A stretch of 64,000 nucleotides of DNA from Eledone cirrhosa (GCA_964016885.1 OZ024748.1:34100001-34164000); one strand, 5' to 3'; shown: positions 26,725-41,404, numbered from the stretch's first letter. A program made the numbers and translations. The notes: generated from the letters alone by a model not told the origin.

Positions 26725-29231
26725 TGCTTTCTTTATTAACCACAAGGGTTTACACAAAGTAGACATTAAGGACAGTACAGGACAATACAGGACGGTACAA
26801 ATGGGCATTTCTGCGTGTTAAAAACTAAAAAACTGAGGATGTAATAAAAGAACAATAAAAAATTCCCCAATAGGGGGGAGACTTCCGAGGGCCATCGTGG
26901 AGAAAGCCCATTAAAAAAAGCCACGGTGACGCTGGCCACCAGGGAAAATGTCCTCTCCCAGTTTTCCACCTTCAATTTACAGGCATATACTCAGAGTAGG
27001 TCCATTCACTCGAGCCATTCTTGCCTCTCTCACCCATCTTTCAACAAAAAGCTGGGAAGAGAGCACTTCCCTCTCTACCCTGATTTTCCTTTTCAAATGA
27101 AATTGGAAAAAGTTAATCAGGGCATCACCGAAGAGGTAAGTGCTCGTCTTCAGCCCTTTCAGACGCGTCCACCATACTATCTCTTTCGCCATGGCCACCA
27201 GACAGATAAAAACTGCCTGCCCTTCCCGGCTAAAGGAAGAGGGCGGGGCAATCCTCACGATGGACTCAGCTGATAGCCGGATCCGTCCTACACACGACAG
27301 ATGGTGTTCGACATAAACCCACAAGTCAGCAATGCTCGGACACTGGACTAGTGCGTGCAGGACGGTTTCGTCGCCCAGCGCGCATCTTGGACATGCCCGG
27401 CTGACGGCATTTCCATGCCTGTAGAGTTTATCCCGAACTGGCAAAGCTCCTCGGTAGCACTGCCAGGCCAGGGATTTCTGGAAGTTGTCCATAGGCCCCG
27501 GACCGAAATTTCTTCCGAAGAGATTGGCTAGTTGATTTTCGTCGACGCCTAGAATTTCCCCAATATAGAACGCCAAGGTGGAGTTTCCATCGATCACATT
27601 GCCCGATTGGTCGAGCGTTGAGAGCGCCTGAAGACATTGCAATATCCAAGCGCTCCCTCTCGGTCTTCGCTTGACCCAGGACTGCAGCTCCGTCAAGGAG
27701 ACGAGCTGGGGAAAGACGCATCTAGCAAACGGCGACCACACCTGATCACCCTCGAGGAAGAGGTGGAGATGTCGTAGCTAGAGCGCGTGTCTGCGCATCA
27801 TCAGCCACTGCGTGCTCAGCCCTCCACGTAGTGGGTGTTGACAGCAGATGGACCGCCTGACCATCGGAGCGCGTCCCTTCCACAAAAAGCGAAAGAGCAA
27901 ACGCTCCAGCGCAGTCAGGCGAGGTTTAGGACAAGGTACGACGGTCAGACGATAGTAGATGACGGACGCGATGTACGCATTCGCCACCTCCGCTCGACCT
28001 TTCAGGGATAGCTTCCTCTCTGCCCATCTCTGGGTGAGGGAGGCCACCTTGCACGTCACCGCGTCCCAGTTTATGTCCGTCTGGAGGTCCGGACCGAACC
28101 AGCGCCCGACGAGGCTGTTGGACGGCATGGACCTGCCTGTCCAGGTGCCGAGCTGCTGGCCCACCGACTTTTTCTGGTTAATCATTGCTCCTGTCACCGC
28201 TTCGTATTCTCTTAGTGTAGTACCGATTGCCTCGATGTGTCTGGCGTTCACACCACTACGGTGACATCATCCGCATATGCTGACACGGATCGTCCACATC
28301 CTAGTTCGCGCGGGACCCCCCTCAACGTCTCCAGTTTGTGCAGTAATGGCTCGAGAGTCAATACGTACAAGAGGGACGAGAGGGGACATCCTTGGCGGAC
28401 CGAGCAGATGTCGCTGTGCATGGCAGCGATCCAGCCTCTGAAGACGGGCCCAAAGCCAGCCGTACTCAGGACTGCCGCCAGATAACGATGGTCGACCCTA
28501 TCGAAAGCTTTCGATTGATCTAAATTGATCAAGGACCCACCCATGCCAGGTTCCCTAGCTACCCTCTCCAAAATGTAACGCATGAGGTGGAGGTTCGTGG
28601 ATGGATCTGTCTGGAATGGCGAATGTCTGCGCCTCTCCCACAAGACCACCAACGACAAGCGCCAACCTCTTTGCTAGCACCTTGGCCAAAATCTTGAATT
28701 CTTTGTTTAGCAGAGTTATGGGCCTGAAATTATCTGTTATACCCCCTTGTTCGGATCCTTTCTCAGCAGCGCCACCGCTCCTCGGCTCACAGAGCTGGGA
28801 ATTCTCCGGTTCTGTTGCCAGTTGCAGTAGACGTCCGCCAAGAGGCCTCCGATCATGTCTGGAATCTGTACGCAAAGTTCATAGGGCAGACCATCCAAAC
28901 CAGGCGATTTACCCCTTGTGCAGCCAGTCTTTACCTCCCGTACTTCAGCGGCTGTTATCGGCTTTTCGCAACACTCCGCCTCAGTGGCCGAGAGCCGCGG
29001 CAGTCCGTCGAGGTAAGCACTAAAGGATATCCGGCGATCCGGCCCGCTGCTGCCCCGAACACCTGAACGAAGTGTCGCTGAAAAGATTCACACATTTGCC
29101 CGGGATCGAGTAGCATGCGCCCGTCGTAGTCCACCAAAGACAGGATCGTGACTCTGTTGTCACGACGCGCCTCCGCCACTCGGGCTCATTGAACGGCTTT
29201 CGTCCCCTCGTGTCTGAGAGCACGCACCCTC
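26725..29231 (-). mobile_element. 5'-truncated Tx1-type (L1 clade) LINE
   Basis: RT motifs NFRPITLLN, LDQSKAFDRVDH, VRQGCPLS and AYADD; CPRC..ET..HAL..C zinc motif; 3' end at (AAT)n. Confidence 0.9.
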
Positions 29232-29236
29232 TCGTC

Positions 29237-29790
29237 CACATTGTATCCGAGTGTAAACACCTAGCCCAGACTCACTATAAAGGCTGGAGACATGATGTGA
29301 TAGGCAGGGTGATCCACTGGCACCTATGCAAAGTAAACAATTTACCACATTCTGAGAAGTGGGATGAGTATAAGTCAGAGTCGGTGATAGAAAACGATCA
29401 GGTGAAGGTGCTGTGGGATTTTAGGATACAGACGGACAAGAAACTGGAACACAATAGACCTGACCTGGTGGTTTTGAACGAGGAAAAAAGATCGTGCCTG
29501 ATTGGGAGAAAATTAACCGATACCATTAATTAACCGATTTGGAACTGCCATGAAGTCAGAGTCGACCCGATTGTCATAGGCGCACTAGATACTGTCTCAA
29601 AGAGTTTCCAAGGATGGCAAAAGAAAGTTAGTCCAGCCCCGCATTTTGGAACAATTCAAAAGGCATGCTTGCTGGGAACAGCAAGAACCCTCCGATACGT
29701 CCTGAATATCTGAGTAACGGCTTGATATTCATTTCAACAAACTTTCCAGTTAAATAACATCAATGACTGAGACTCAAAGAACAATGATAA
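29237..29790 (+). mobile_element. R4/Dong LINE 3' fragment
   Basis: Near-identical to 39159-39770 (HIVSEC, RHD, RPDLVV). Confidence 0.88.
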
Positions 29791-29799
29791 TAATAATAA

Positions 29800-29895
29800 T
29801 AATAATTGTTTCTACTTTTGGCACAAGGCCAGCAATTACTCAATGCATTACTGGTACTTTATTCTATCGACCCCGGAAGGATGAAAGGCAAAGTT
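29800..29895 (-). mobile_element. SINE 3' fragment, same family as 44835-45338
   Basis: Reverse complement of GCCTTTCATCCTT.CGGGGTCGATA.AATAAAGTACCAG..GGCCTTGTGCCAAAAGTAGAAAC. Confidence 0.75.
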
Positions 29896-29918
29896 AATAA
29901 TAATAATAATAATAATAA

Positions 29919-32900
29919 TGCTTTCTTTATTAACCACAAGGGTTTACATAAAGTAGACATTAAGGACAGTACAGGACAATACAGGACGGTACAAATGGGC
30001 ATTTCTGCGTGTAAAAAAACAAAAACAGAGGATGTAACAAAAAAATAACAATGAAAAATTCCGCAATAGGGGCGAGACTTCCGAGGGACATTTGTGGAGA
30101 AAGCCCATTAAAAGGCCACAGTGACACTGACCACCAGGGCAAGTGCCCTCTCCCAGTTTTCCACCTTTAATTTACAGACACATACTCAGAGTAGGCCCAT
30201 TCACTCGGGCCATACATGCTTCTCTCACCCATCTTTCAACAAAATGCTGGGAAGAGAGCACTTCCCTCTCTACCCTGATTTTCCTTTTCAAATGGAATTT
30301 GAAAAAGTTAATCAGGGCATCACCGAAGAGGTAAGTGCTCGTCTTCAGCCCTATCAAACGTGTCCACCATACTATCTCTTTCGCCATGGTCACCAGACCG
30401 ATAAAAATTGCCTGCCCTTCCCGGCTAACGGAAGAGGGCGGGGCAATCCTCACGATGGACTCAGCTGATAGCTGGATCCGTCCTACACGTGACAGCAGGT
30501 GTTCGAGATAAACCCACAAGTTAGCAATGCTCGGACACTGGACGAGTGCGTGCAGGACGGTTCGTCGCCCTGCGCGCATCTCGGACAATACCCGGCTGAC
30601 GGTACCTCCATGCCTGTAGAGTTTATCCCGAACTGGCAAAGCTCCTCGGTACCACTGCCAGGCCAGGGATTTCTGGAAGTTGTCCATAGGCACCGGCCCG
30701 AAAGTTCTTCCGAAGAGATTGGTTAGTGGATTTTCGTCGACGCCTAGAGTTTCCCAAAGTACGTCATCGCCCCCCCCCCCCACTAATCCTCTATAGAACG
30801 CCAAGGTGAAGTTTCCACCGATCACATTGCCCGATTGGTCGAGGGCTGTGAGCGCCTGAAGACAGTCCAGTCTCCAATATCCAAGCGCTCCCTCTCGGTC
30901 TTCGCTTGACCCAGGACTGCAGCTCCGTCAAAGAGACGAGCTGGGGAAAGATGCGTCTAACAAACGGCGACCACACCTGATCACCGAAGAGGAAGAGGTG
31001 GAGATGTCGTAGCCTGAGCGCGTGTCTGCGCATCATCAGCCACGGCATGCCCACCCCTCCACGTAGCGGATGTTGACAGCAGATGGACCGCCTGACCATC
31101 GGAGCGCGTCCCTTCCACAAAAAGCGAAAGAGCAAACGCTCCAGCGCAGTCAGGCGAGGCTTAGGACAAGGTACGATGGTCAGGCGGTAGTAGACCTTTC
31201 AGGGATAGCTTCCTCTCCGCCCATTTCTGGGTGAGAGAAATCACCCTGCTCATCACCTCGTCCCAGTTTATGTTCGTCTGGAGGTCCGGACCGAACCAGA
31301 CCCCTAGCAATTGAACCGGTCCGTCCGTCCAGCGCCCGACGACGCTGTCGGACGGCATGGACCTGCCTCTCCAGGTGCCGAGCTGCAGGCCCACTGACTT
31401 TTCCTGGTTGATCATTGCTCCTGTGACACTACGGTGACATCGACCGCATATGCTGACACGGATCTTTCGCGGGACCCCCCCCCCTCAATGTCTCCAGTTT
31501 GTGCAGTAATGGCTCGAGAGTCAATACGTACAAGAGGGACGAGAGGGGACATCCTTGGCGGACCGAGCGCATGATGTTGAACGGTTCCGAAAGGTGACCG
31601 TTCACTCTCACCACAGAGCAGATGTCGCTGTGCATGGCAGCGATCCAGCCTCTGAAGACGGGCCCAAAGCCAGCCGCCCTCAGGACTGCTGCTAGGTAAC
31701 GATGGTCGACCCTATCGAAAGCTTTAGACTGATATAAATTGATCAAGGACCCACCCGTGCCAGGTTCCCTAGCTACCCTCTTTACGATGTATCGCATGAG
31801 GTGGAGGTTGTCGTGGATGGATCTGTCTGGAATGGCGCACGTCTGCGCCTCTCCAACCTGACCACCATCGTTATGGGCCTGAAATTATCTATGTTATGCC
31901 CCTTGTTCGGATCCTTTCTCAGCAGCGCCACAGCTCTTCGGCTCGCAAAGCTGTAAATTCTCCCGTTCTGTTGCCAGTTGCAGTAGACGTCCGCCAAGAA
32001 GCCTCCGAACAAGTCTGGCATCTGTACGTAAAGTTCATAAGGCAGACCATCCAAACCAGGCGATTTACCCCTTGTGCAGCCAGTCATTGCCTCCCGTATT
32101 TCAGCGGCTGTTATCGGCTTTTCACAACACTCCGCCTCAGTGGCTGAGAGCCGTGACAGTCCGTCGAGGTAGACACTAAAGTTCATCCCTCGATCCGGCC
32201 CGCCGCTGCCCCCGAACAGCTGGGCGAAGTGTCGCTGGAAAGCTTCACACATTTGCCCGGGATCGAGGAGCATGCACCCGTCGTGGTCCACCAAAGACCG
32301 GATCGTGGCTTTGTTGCCACGACGCGCCTCCGCCACTCGGGCTCATTGAACGGCTTTCGTCCCCTCGTGTCTGAGAGCACGCATCCTAGCTCTGACAACG
32401 CAGCCTTCGTGCTTTGCATTGAAGAATTGGTCAAGGGCCAATTTCGCCGCAAGTACGTCGGTCGCGATGCCTTTGCTAAGCGCCTCGTCTAATCTTCTAA
32501 CTAGTTCTCCCTCTGCTCTATTTTTCTCTATTGCTAAAGCCTTACTAAACCTAATGGACTCTATTCTAATCGCTCTTTTCAGTGCAAACCACTATTTGTT
32601 GTTGACGATCGCCACCGTCAACGCCCGCTTAACTAGTTCGCTAATCCCGTCTCTGTAGGCCTTGCGCGCTGGTAAAGACGTGTTTAGCTTCCAGTAGCCG
32701 GGTCCTCGTCTATGAAGCCTATCTAAGTCAAGCACACAAATCACGAATTTGTGGTCCATGTAGCTGACTATCTTGAATTGTGGATAGCCTATGCTAGACC
32801 TATCTATTTCCCTACAAAATACTCTATCTAGATATGATCTGGATGACCCGATACGATTTGTCCAAGTCCACATTGGCACATTCGAGAAATCCAATCGGTA

Positions 32901-35570
32901 CCTGTCAGACAGTTCAAAACGCCTGAACAGGTTGGTGAGGCTCTTGCACCCTCCTCCCCTATCCGCTAATCCCACACAGTCCCAGCGTGCATCTAAGATC
33001 CCGTTCCAGTCTCCCACTAACACTAAAGAGCAGGACGTTCCAAGAAAGGTCTCTAGACGTCTGAAGAAATCTGGCCGTCCTGCCCCTGTTGGGGCTACTA
33101 GCCTGAAAGCATTGCCTTCGCTGCCGGTCACGTCCAGCACCACCGACTTACCTTCTGGGTCTAGGAAGATGGCCCGTATCGCGAGATCCAAGCCTCTCCG
33201 AAAAAGGACGGCAACCCCTCCCTCCGATCCAGGACGGCTGGGAGATGCGTACACATCGTAGCCGCCGAAGATCGGTGCGAAGGCCCGTGCTTCGGAGATT
33301 CTGGTCTCGCTGATGGCCACTACATCTATGTTTAGTGACCTGAGGTCGTTGAGCAGGTGGCCCTGCTTCCATGACGACCCCAAGCCACGCGCATTTATGC
33401 TGCCTATTCTGAGTGAGGTCATGTAGAAATGGAGTGGAAAAGATGGAAAAGACCACTTACCTTACTTCTCGTAGAGGAAGGATTTTTTCTCCATCCTTTT
33501 CACTGCTTGTGGCCTCCTCCGGAAGGATGTCCTTATAAATCCTCCTGGAGAGTGCTTGTCGGAAGTCTCCGATGTCTTTGGGTAATTTTTGTTTTAGTGT
33601 CGTGTACGTTTTCTGTGTGATTCGAGTGATTTGTATGTGTGGAGGGAGTGTGAACTTTTGGGTTGTTGTGTAGTCTTTTTCTGTGATGCTGGTGTTGTGT
33701 TGGATGTAGTGTAATAATTGGTTGTTGTTCAAATTTAATGCTGTGTAGTGTGTATCGTTTTGGTTGTTTCGTTTTGTATGCGTTTGTTGTGGGTTTGTTT
33801 CTGTTTCGCTTTCTGGTGACTTTTGAGGTGTTAATGATGGTGATGGTGTTGTTGTTTGTGGTGATGGGGTTGGTGATGCTGGTATGGATGGTGGCATAGC
33901 TGTCATAACTTTTTTGTTTGATAGTTTATTTGTTTCCCTCTGTATTTTGTTTTTGGAGGGGGAAGGAAGAGGATTTTTTTCTTTTTTGGTTTCTTTTTCT
34001 TATTTTCTTTTTTCCTGATACCGTTTCCCACTCCTCGTCGTCACAATCTGTCTCCAGTTGCGATAGGTCGGGGAGTGGAAAATCCTCCACAGGCGTTGGT
34101 TTGGGTTGTGGCGTGGTAGATGGTGTAGGCGCTGGTGCTAGTTCTGGCGCGTTGGGTGATGGTGGTGTTTGTTTTGCTACTATTGTTGGGGTTGTTGCTG
34201 TTACAGTTTATTCTGTTGTTGCTGCCATTTCTGATGCTGGTGGTGTTGCTGGTTGAGTCACTGGGGTGGGTAAGAGAGGTAGCCTCAACCTTTTAGCCTG
34301 AGGTCAGAAAGCCCTTAGGTGGGTTCCTTCACCACAAACGACACACCTAGGCCTTCTGCCCTCGACGATTACGGTGAGGTGGCTGCCGTCAGTGAGTTCT
34401 ATTACCTCTGGGATCTCCTCAATGCCTTTTTGGTCCGCTTGGATCAGGAGCTCCATCCCAGATCCGGACCAGTTCTCCTGCTTTTCTTTCGCTATTTCGA
34501 TTATCTTGGTGTTGGCTTCGATGCTGGCGAGGACGGCAGCTATCAGCCAGGGAATTTCGATGGCCGGTGGAACGTGGGTCACCCTGATCTTCACGAGTCT
34601 CTGGCCACAATAACTTGGGACGAGTGTGAAGTCGTCACTTCTTAATGGGGCCATGGAGTGTTCTCTGGCCTCCTGTGGTGTTTCAAAGAACACGTCCACG
34701 GTTCCATATTTCTGCCCATGTCTGATGTGGGGTTTTTTTGCCCACACATGTCCCAAAGCTTTTTGGATTTGGGACTCGGATGCCCGTTCCATTCGGCGCG
34801 ATTTTATGTTAATCGTCCGATAAGACACGGTGCATAGGCGCCGATGCTCCATTTTATTAGGTGGGGGAGGGGTGGGGCTGACCGTGTACCCATCTTTCTT
34901 TACCATTTTTTTGGCTTCTTCTAATTCCTCCTGAGTTACCTGGAATGCTTCGCACTTTTTTGCTACTCTGGCAAAACTTAGGGTGGTTTTCTTAATTTCA
35001 TTGTTCCTGTTGTTGTTATCGTTATTTCTGTTATTGTTCATTTTAGTTTCAGTTGTGGTGGTGGTGGCGTCAGTGGTGTTCGGTGTGGAAAGTTCATTTT
35101 AGTTGAATTCATTTCGATATCACGAGTTAATTTATTTTTTTCTTTTGTTTCTGTTGTCGCTGTGGTGGTGTTGGGGGTGGCGGCTTTAACACCTGGAGTT
35201 ATTGGTAATGGCGGGAAATGAATGTCTGCCTGAGACAAATTTAAAATATTGCTACTACTTATATGTTTAGTGTTGGCAAACGTAGTAATATTTACAATGG
35301 TGGTGTCGGTGTGAAGTGTTAGTTGGTGAGGAAGGTGTGACACTGAGTCGTCCATGATTTTTCAAAGAAAAATCTTTGTTTGATAATTATAAAAGTTTAA
35401 AATTTTGGGCTCAAGGCCCCAATATTTTTGAGTGTCCTTTTCAGAAAACAATGTATGTGCACTTATATACAGTTAACAATAAAATTTTTCCATAAATGGC
35501 AATTTTAAACAACTGAAAACAACAAACCTTTGCGGAGCTCACGATGATACGATTTACTACGTATGTCGCC
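29919..35570 (-). mobile_element. Full-length but disrupted Tx1-type LINE (ORF1 and ORF2)
   Basis: ORF1 about 35355-33457 with zinc-knuckle remnant CVVCGEGTH. ORF2 starts 33422 with APE motifs SINARGL, SET, GDWN, YLDR, DH, then RT motifs KSPGLDG, KAFDRV, RQGCPLS. Both ends abut (AAT)n. Confidence 0.92.
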
Positions 35571-35631
<61 letters not shown>

Positions 35632-35634
<3 letters not shown>

Positions 35635-35735
35635 TTTTCTTTATTAACCACAAGGGTTCACATAAAGTAGACATTAAGGACAGTACAGGACAATACAGGA
35701 CGGTACAAATGGGCATTTCTGCTTGTAAAAAAACA
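35632..35735 (-). mobile_element. Tx1-type LINE 3' UTR stub between (AAT)n tracts
   Basis: Matches 29919-30030. Confidence 0.8.
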
Positions 35736-35748
35736 GAGGTTGAAATAA

Positions 35749-35787
<39 letters not shown>

Positions 35788-35790
35788 TAT

Positions 35791-36560
35791 ATCAGCACAA
35801 GATCAGTGTCTGCCAACAAAAAATTACCAAGCCAACATAATAAAAAATGGATGCAGCCCATTATGCCGTGTATGTAAAAAACAACCAGAGACCATTGACC
35901 ATATAATTTCAATGTGCAGTCCTATAGCTCCAACCGAATACCTAAACAGGCATGACAGAGCTGCACAATACATACATTGGATAATGTGTAAGCATTTTGA
36001 CCTGCCCCATCAAAAGAATTGGTGGGAGCATCAGCCACCTCCCATACTTGAAAAAGATCACATCTCTATCTTGTGGAGCATTAGCATCCAAACAGACCGA
36101 AAAATAGATATAATATTGAAGGACTTTAAAAAGAGGGTATGCCTGCTAATTGATATGTCCGTTTCAATAGACAAGAATGTATCTATAAAAACATTTGAAA
36201 AATTGAGCAAGTATAAGGACCTGGAGATAGAAATTGGAAAAATGTGGAAATTGAGAACTAAAACAATACCAGTGGTTGTAGGCGCTCTGAGAATGATACC
36301 TAAGGAGTCTAATGATTACTTATCGCAAATCCCAGGAAACCCGCGTATAGGAGAAATACAAAAGATAGTACTAATGGGAACTGCCCATATACTAAGGAAG
36401 ATTCTGTCAATATAAGTACATCACAAGTCTAAACACTAAAGATGCATGTGTGAGTATGTATGTTCTTTCTTGAACATGGCGGACCTTGTTGTCTCTTGAG
36501 GTCACTGGTTGTGACTTGGTGATAACTCGTATGAACATAAAGCAAGATAAATGCAACTGT
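35791..36560 (+). mobile_element. R4/Dong LINE 3' fragment, second family (zinc knuckle and restriction-like endonuclease)
   Basis: CRVC..ETIDHIISMC, RHD, LLIDMSV, KLSKYKDL, IPVVVGAL; ends in (TAA)n. Confidence 0.85.
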
Positions 36561-36577
36561 AATAATAATAATAATAA

Positions 36578-37421
36578 TGCTTTCTTTATTAGCCACAAGG
36601 GCTGACATCAAGAAAAACATTACAGACGGCACAGGACGGTACAGGACGGTACTATGTGGGATTTGTGCGTGTAAATACTTTTATTATTTATATAAGAAAA
36701 GAAGAAAAAAAAGGACATAGAAACATATATATATATAAACAATAAAAATGAAAATTGAAACAATGAAAAATTCCCCAATAGGGGGAAACCTCCGATGGTT
36801 ACTCGTGGCGAAAACCACACAAAAGACCACGGCCACCCTGACCACCAGGGCAAGCGACCTCTCTCAATTTTTCCATCTCTCAAACTAGCGACGTAGATTG
36901 AGAGTTCACTCGGACCATTCTCGCTACATTCACTCACCTTTCAACAAACTTACTAGAAGGCAGCACTTGCCTCTCCACCCTGATTTTCCTCTTCAAGTGA
37001 AACTTGAAAAAGTTAATTAGGGATTCGCCGGAGAGAAAAGCGTCTGTCTTTAACACTTTCAACCTTGTCCACCACACAATCTCTTTCGCCATGGCCACAA
37101 GGCAGATGAAAACCGCCTGCCCTTCCTCCTCGAAGGAATACAACGAGACCATCTGCACAATAGACTCAGTCGATAACCGGATCAGTCCTACACGCGACAG
37201 CAACTGTTCGACATAGTTCCACAAGTCAGCAATGCTCGGGCACTGAACGAGTGCGTGCACGACGGTTTCGTCGCTCTGCGCTCATCTCGAACAGGCTCGG
37301 CTGACGGAACTTCCGTGCCTGTAGAGCTTATTTCGAACCGGCAGCGCTCCCCGGTAGCACTGCCAGGCCAGGGATTTTTGGAAGATATCTATAGGCCCCG
37401 ACTGAAAGTTCTCCGGAAGAG
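36578..37421 (-). mobile_element. Tx1-type LINE 3' fragment, related subfamily
   Basis: HALVQCPSIADLW..AKEIVWWTR; same 3' terminus at (AAT)n. Confidence 0.85.
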
Positions 37422-39770
37422 AGCAGGATGTTGAACATAAAGGTCAGGCAGTGTGGATTGAGACAGTACAAAAGAAGATTAGTAAACAAACACACCGACA
37501 AACTGATTTGAGTATCACAGTTGAAACTCTTAAAGGGCAGGCCAAAAAACTAACCAACTGGAAATCACCAGGCCCAGGTGGTGTGCAGGGGTATTGGATT
37601 AAAAATATAACATCCCTCCACCCGAAACTGACAACCATGTTCAATGGCTGCTTGATGTCGGGTGAGGTACCAGAGTGGTTGACAAAAGGTACCACAGTTC
37701 TGGTAATGAAAGACCGAATCAAGGGTAATGATGTTACCAACTATAGACCTATCACATGTCTGTCCGTAATGTGGAAACTGTTAACAAGCATTGTGTCTGA
37801 GGAAATCTACCATCACCTCCACATAAACAACTTGTTACCGGACGAACAGAAAGGGTGCCGAAAGAAGTCCCGTGGTACAAAAGGCCAGTTACTTATTGAT
37901 AAGATGGTAATGAGGAATTGCAAGAGGAGACACACTGGTCTTGCCATGGGATGGATAGATTACAAAAAGGCATTCGACATGGTACCTCATTCTTGGATAA
38001 CCGAAAGCCTAGAGATCTTCAAGGTGGCAGATAATATCAGACAGTTGCTGAGCAAAAGTATGAAGTCCTGGGAAACAGAGTTAACATCGGGTGGAGAATC
38101 CTTGGGAGGCGTGAAGATCAAGAGAGGTATCTTCCAGGGAGATAGTTTGTCCCCTCTGCTGTTTGTCCTTGCTTTTATACCCCTGACCATTATATTGCGA
38201 AAAGTGAGAGCGGGATACAAGTTGGGAAAAGGAGAGCTTACCATCAACCACCTCCTCTTCATAGACGATCTTAAACTCTTTGGGAAGAGTGAGAAGAAGT
38301 TGGATGTACTTGTTGACGCTGTCCGTATTTTCAGCAATGATATATGTATAGAATTTGGTGTTAATAAGTGTGGAGTCCTAGTGATGAAGAGTGGTAAATT
38401 GAGCAGAAGCAACGGAATCCAGGTACCAACAGATGAGATGATAAAGGAAATTGACACTGAAGAAGGATACAAATATTTAGGTGTTCTGGAGGCAGATTTC
38501 ATCAAGAACAAAAAAATGAAGGAATTGATAAGATCTGAGTACATTAGGAGAGTAAGGAGCGTATTAAAATCACATCTAAATAGTAGGAATGTCATAAATA
38601 CAGTAAATTCCTGAGCTGTGTCCATTATTAGGTATAGTGCGGGGATTCTGAAATGGAATGTTGCTGAACAAAAAGAAATGGATAGGAAGACTAGAAAGCT
38701 ATTGACTATCTACAACATGTTCCACAAGAGGAGTGATGTCGATAGACTCTACTTAAAGAGATCTGAAGGTGGAAGAGGTCTTATCAGCATAGAGGACTGT
38801 GTTCAGATGGAGAAAAACAACCTGCACAAATACGTGACTGACAGTAGGGAGCCAATGCTCAAAATTGTACTGAAGGAGAAGACAATAGACCAGGGGATGT
38901 CCAAGGAGGAAATAACAAGGAGCAAGAGCAACCTTCATTGAAAAATCCCTTCATAGTACCTTCTTTAAGAAAACTGAATTTACAGATCCACAGACATGGA
39001 ACTGGTTAAAAAGAGGAGACCTTAAAAAGGCTACAGAAGGAATGCTAATGGCTGCGCAAGAGCAGGCCCTCAGAACGATGTGGGTGAAACACCATATTTA
39101 CAAGGAGGAGGCTATCCCACTGTGTAGGATCTGTGGGGAGAGAGAGGAGACTGTGGCTCACATTGTATCCGAGTGTAAACACCTAGCCCAGACTCACTAT
39201 AAAGGCTGGAGACATGATGTGATAGGCAGGGTGATCCACTGGCACCTATGCAAAGTAAACAGTTTACCACATTCTGAGAAGTGGTATGAACATAAGCCAG
39301 AGTCGGTGATAGAAAACGATCAGGTGAAGGTGCTGTCGGATTTTAGGATACAGACGAGCAAGAAACTGGAACACGATAGACCTGACCTGGTGGTTTTGGA
39401 CAAGGAAAAAAGATCGTGCCTGATTGTAGATGTAGCCTTCTCATTTGACTCGAGAGTGCAAGAAAAGGAGAGGGAGAAAATTAACCGATACCAGGACTTA
39501 AAGTGGGAGGTAAAAAGGATTTGGAACTGCCATGAAGTCAAGGTCGTCCCGATTGTCATAGGAGCACTAGATACTGTCTCAAAGAGTTTCCAGGTATAGT
39601 TAAAGAAGATTAGTCCAGCCCCGCTTTTTGGAACACTTCAAAAGGCATGCTTGCTGGGAACAGCAAGAACCCTGCGATACGTCCTGAATATCTGAGGCTG
39701 CAGGTAGCGGCTTGATATTCATTTCAACAAACTTTCCAGTTAAATAACATCAATGACTGAGACTCAAAGA
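37422..39770 (+). mobile_element. 5'-truncated R4/Dong LINE (RT, CCHC, restriction-like endonuclease), disrupted
   Basis: NWKSPGP, NYRPITCL, WIDYKKAFD, GIFQGDSLSP, LFIDDLKL, CRIC..HIVSEC, RPDLVV; (TAA)n-like tail. Confidence 0.92.
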
Positions 39771-40353
39771 ATAAGAATAATAATAAAGGTGTTTGCGAAA
39801 GCCTGAAATATTTTAGTTGGGGTGAAGAAGCTAGTAAAGCAAGACTACTCGCGAGCTCATTGGGTATATTTCTTCTATCATCTCATGAAGGACTATCCTT
39901 CGAACGTTAAGACTGTTTCCACTATATCAAGTGTTAAACTAATATATATTACTGTTTTGTTCATCAGTGTTTTGACAGCTAAAATATAACTGACGGAAAA
40001 TACTCAAAGGAGCATTCCATAAAATACAAAAGCAATGAGAGCTCACATATGTAATAGAAATTAAGATGACTGTTATTTCCATATCACCTTTTCTGTGCCC
40101 TCTTATAAGAAAAACAAACAAATTAAATAATAATACCCCAAACGAAATAACAACAATAATATTTTCGCAGTTCAACCGAATGACGATGGTTCAAGAAACT
40201 CCTGTCCTTATCTTCAGGACGAGAAAAAGATTGTTTGTGGCAAGTGTTATTATCGACGCCAAGTAGATCTTTGGCGGCAAACCTGGGAACAATATTTTTT
40301 ATCATCTGTTATCACCACACCACGAATTATCTAACAGTTAATGCCATTAATAT

Positions 40354-40386
<33 letters not shown>

Positions 40387-40390
40387 CTGG

Positions 40391-40461
<71 letters not shown>

Positions 40462-40639
40462 ATTCATTATTTTGGCTAGGTGATGAGTCTTGTTATCAAG
40501 AACTTCACCTCCGTACTCATATGATTACTAGACAGATGAAACTCCGATGTAACAAGATTCATTATTTAGGTATAGTAAAGAACATTTAAACTCTGCTTCA
40601 GTATTGAGTACTCTTTCTCACATTCGTCCCCCTCACATT

Positions 40640-40640
40640 A

Positions 40641-40686
<46 letters not shown>

Positions 40687-40990
40687 TAATTAACATACGA
40701 AGATGGCATATGCACGCATACATAGATACAAATGTACCATACATACACACATACATACATACACACATACATACATACATATATATATATACACACACAC
40801 ACACAAACATATATATATATATATATATATATACATACGCACGCACAGTACATACATAGATACATACATAAATACATACATACAACCACAGGTACCATGC
40901 CTACATACATCGATTCACATAATGCCTGGCTATGATGTTCTGAAAGAGCATCTTCAGCGAAATCGCTGTCTGCAAACTTCCCGCCTATTC

Positions 40991-41061
<71 letters not shown>

Positions 41062-41063
41062 TG

Positions 41064-41114
<51 letters not shown>

Positions 41115-41170
41115 TATATATATATATATATATATATATATAGGTTCGAAATGACATATGTATATCTATG

Positions 41171-41203
<33 letters not shown>

Positions 41204-41296
41204 TTATACATATATGTATATATATATATATGCACATATATGTTTATATATATATGCATATATATGTATATATATATGTTTACATATATATATAAG

Positions 41297-41329
<33 letters not shown>

Positions 41330-41336
41330 GTATGCA

Positions 41337-41404
<68 letters not shown>

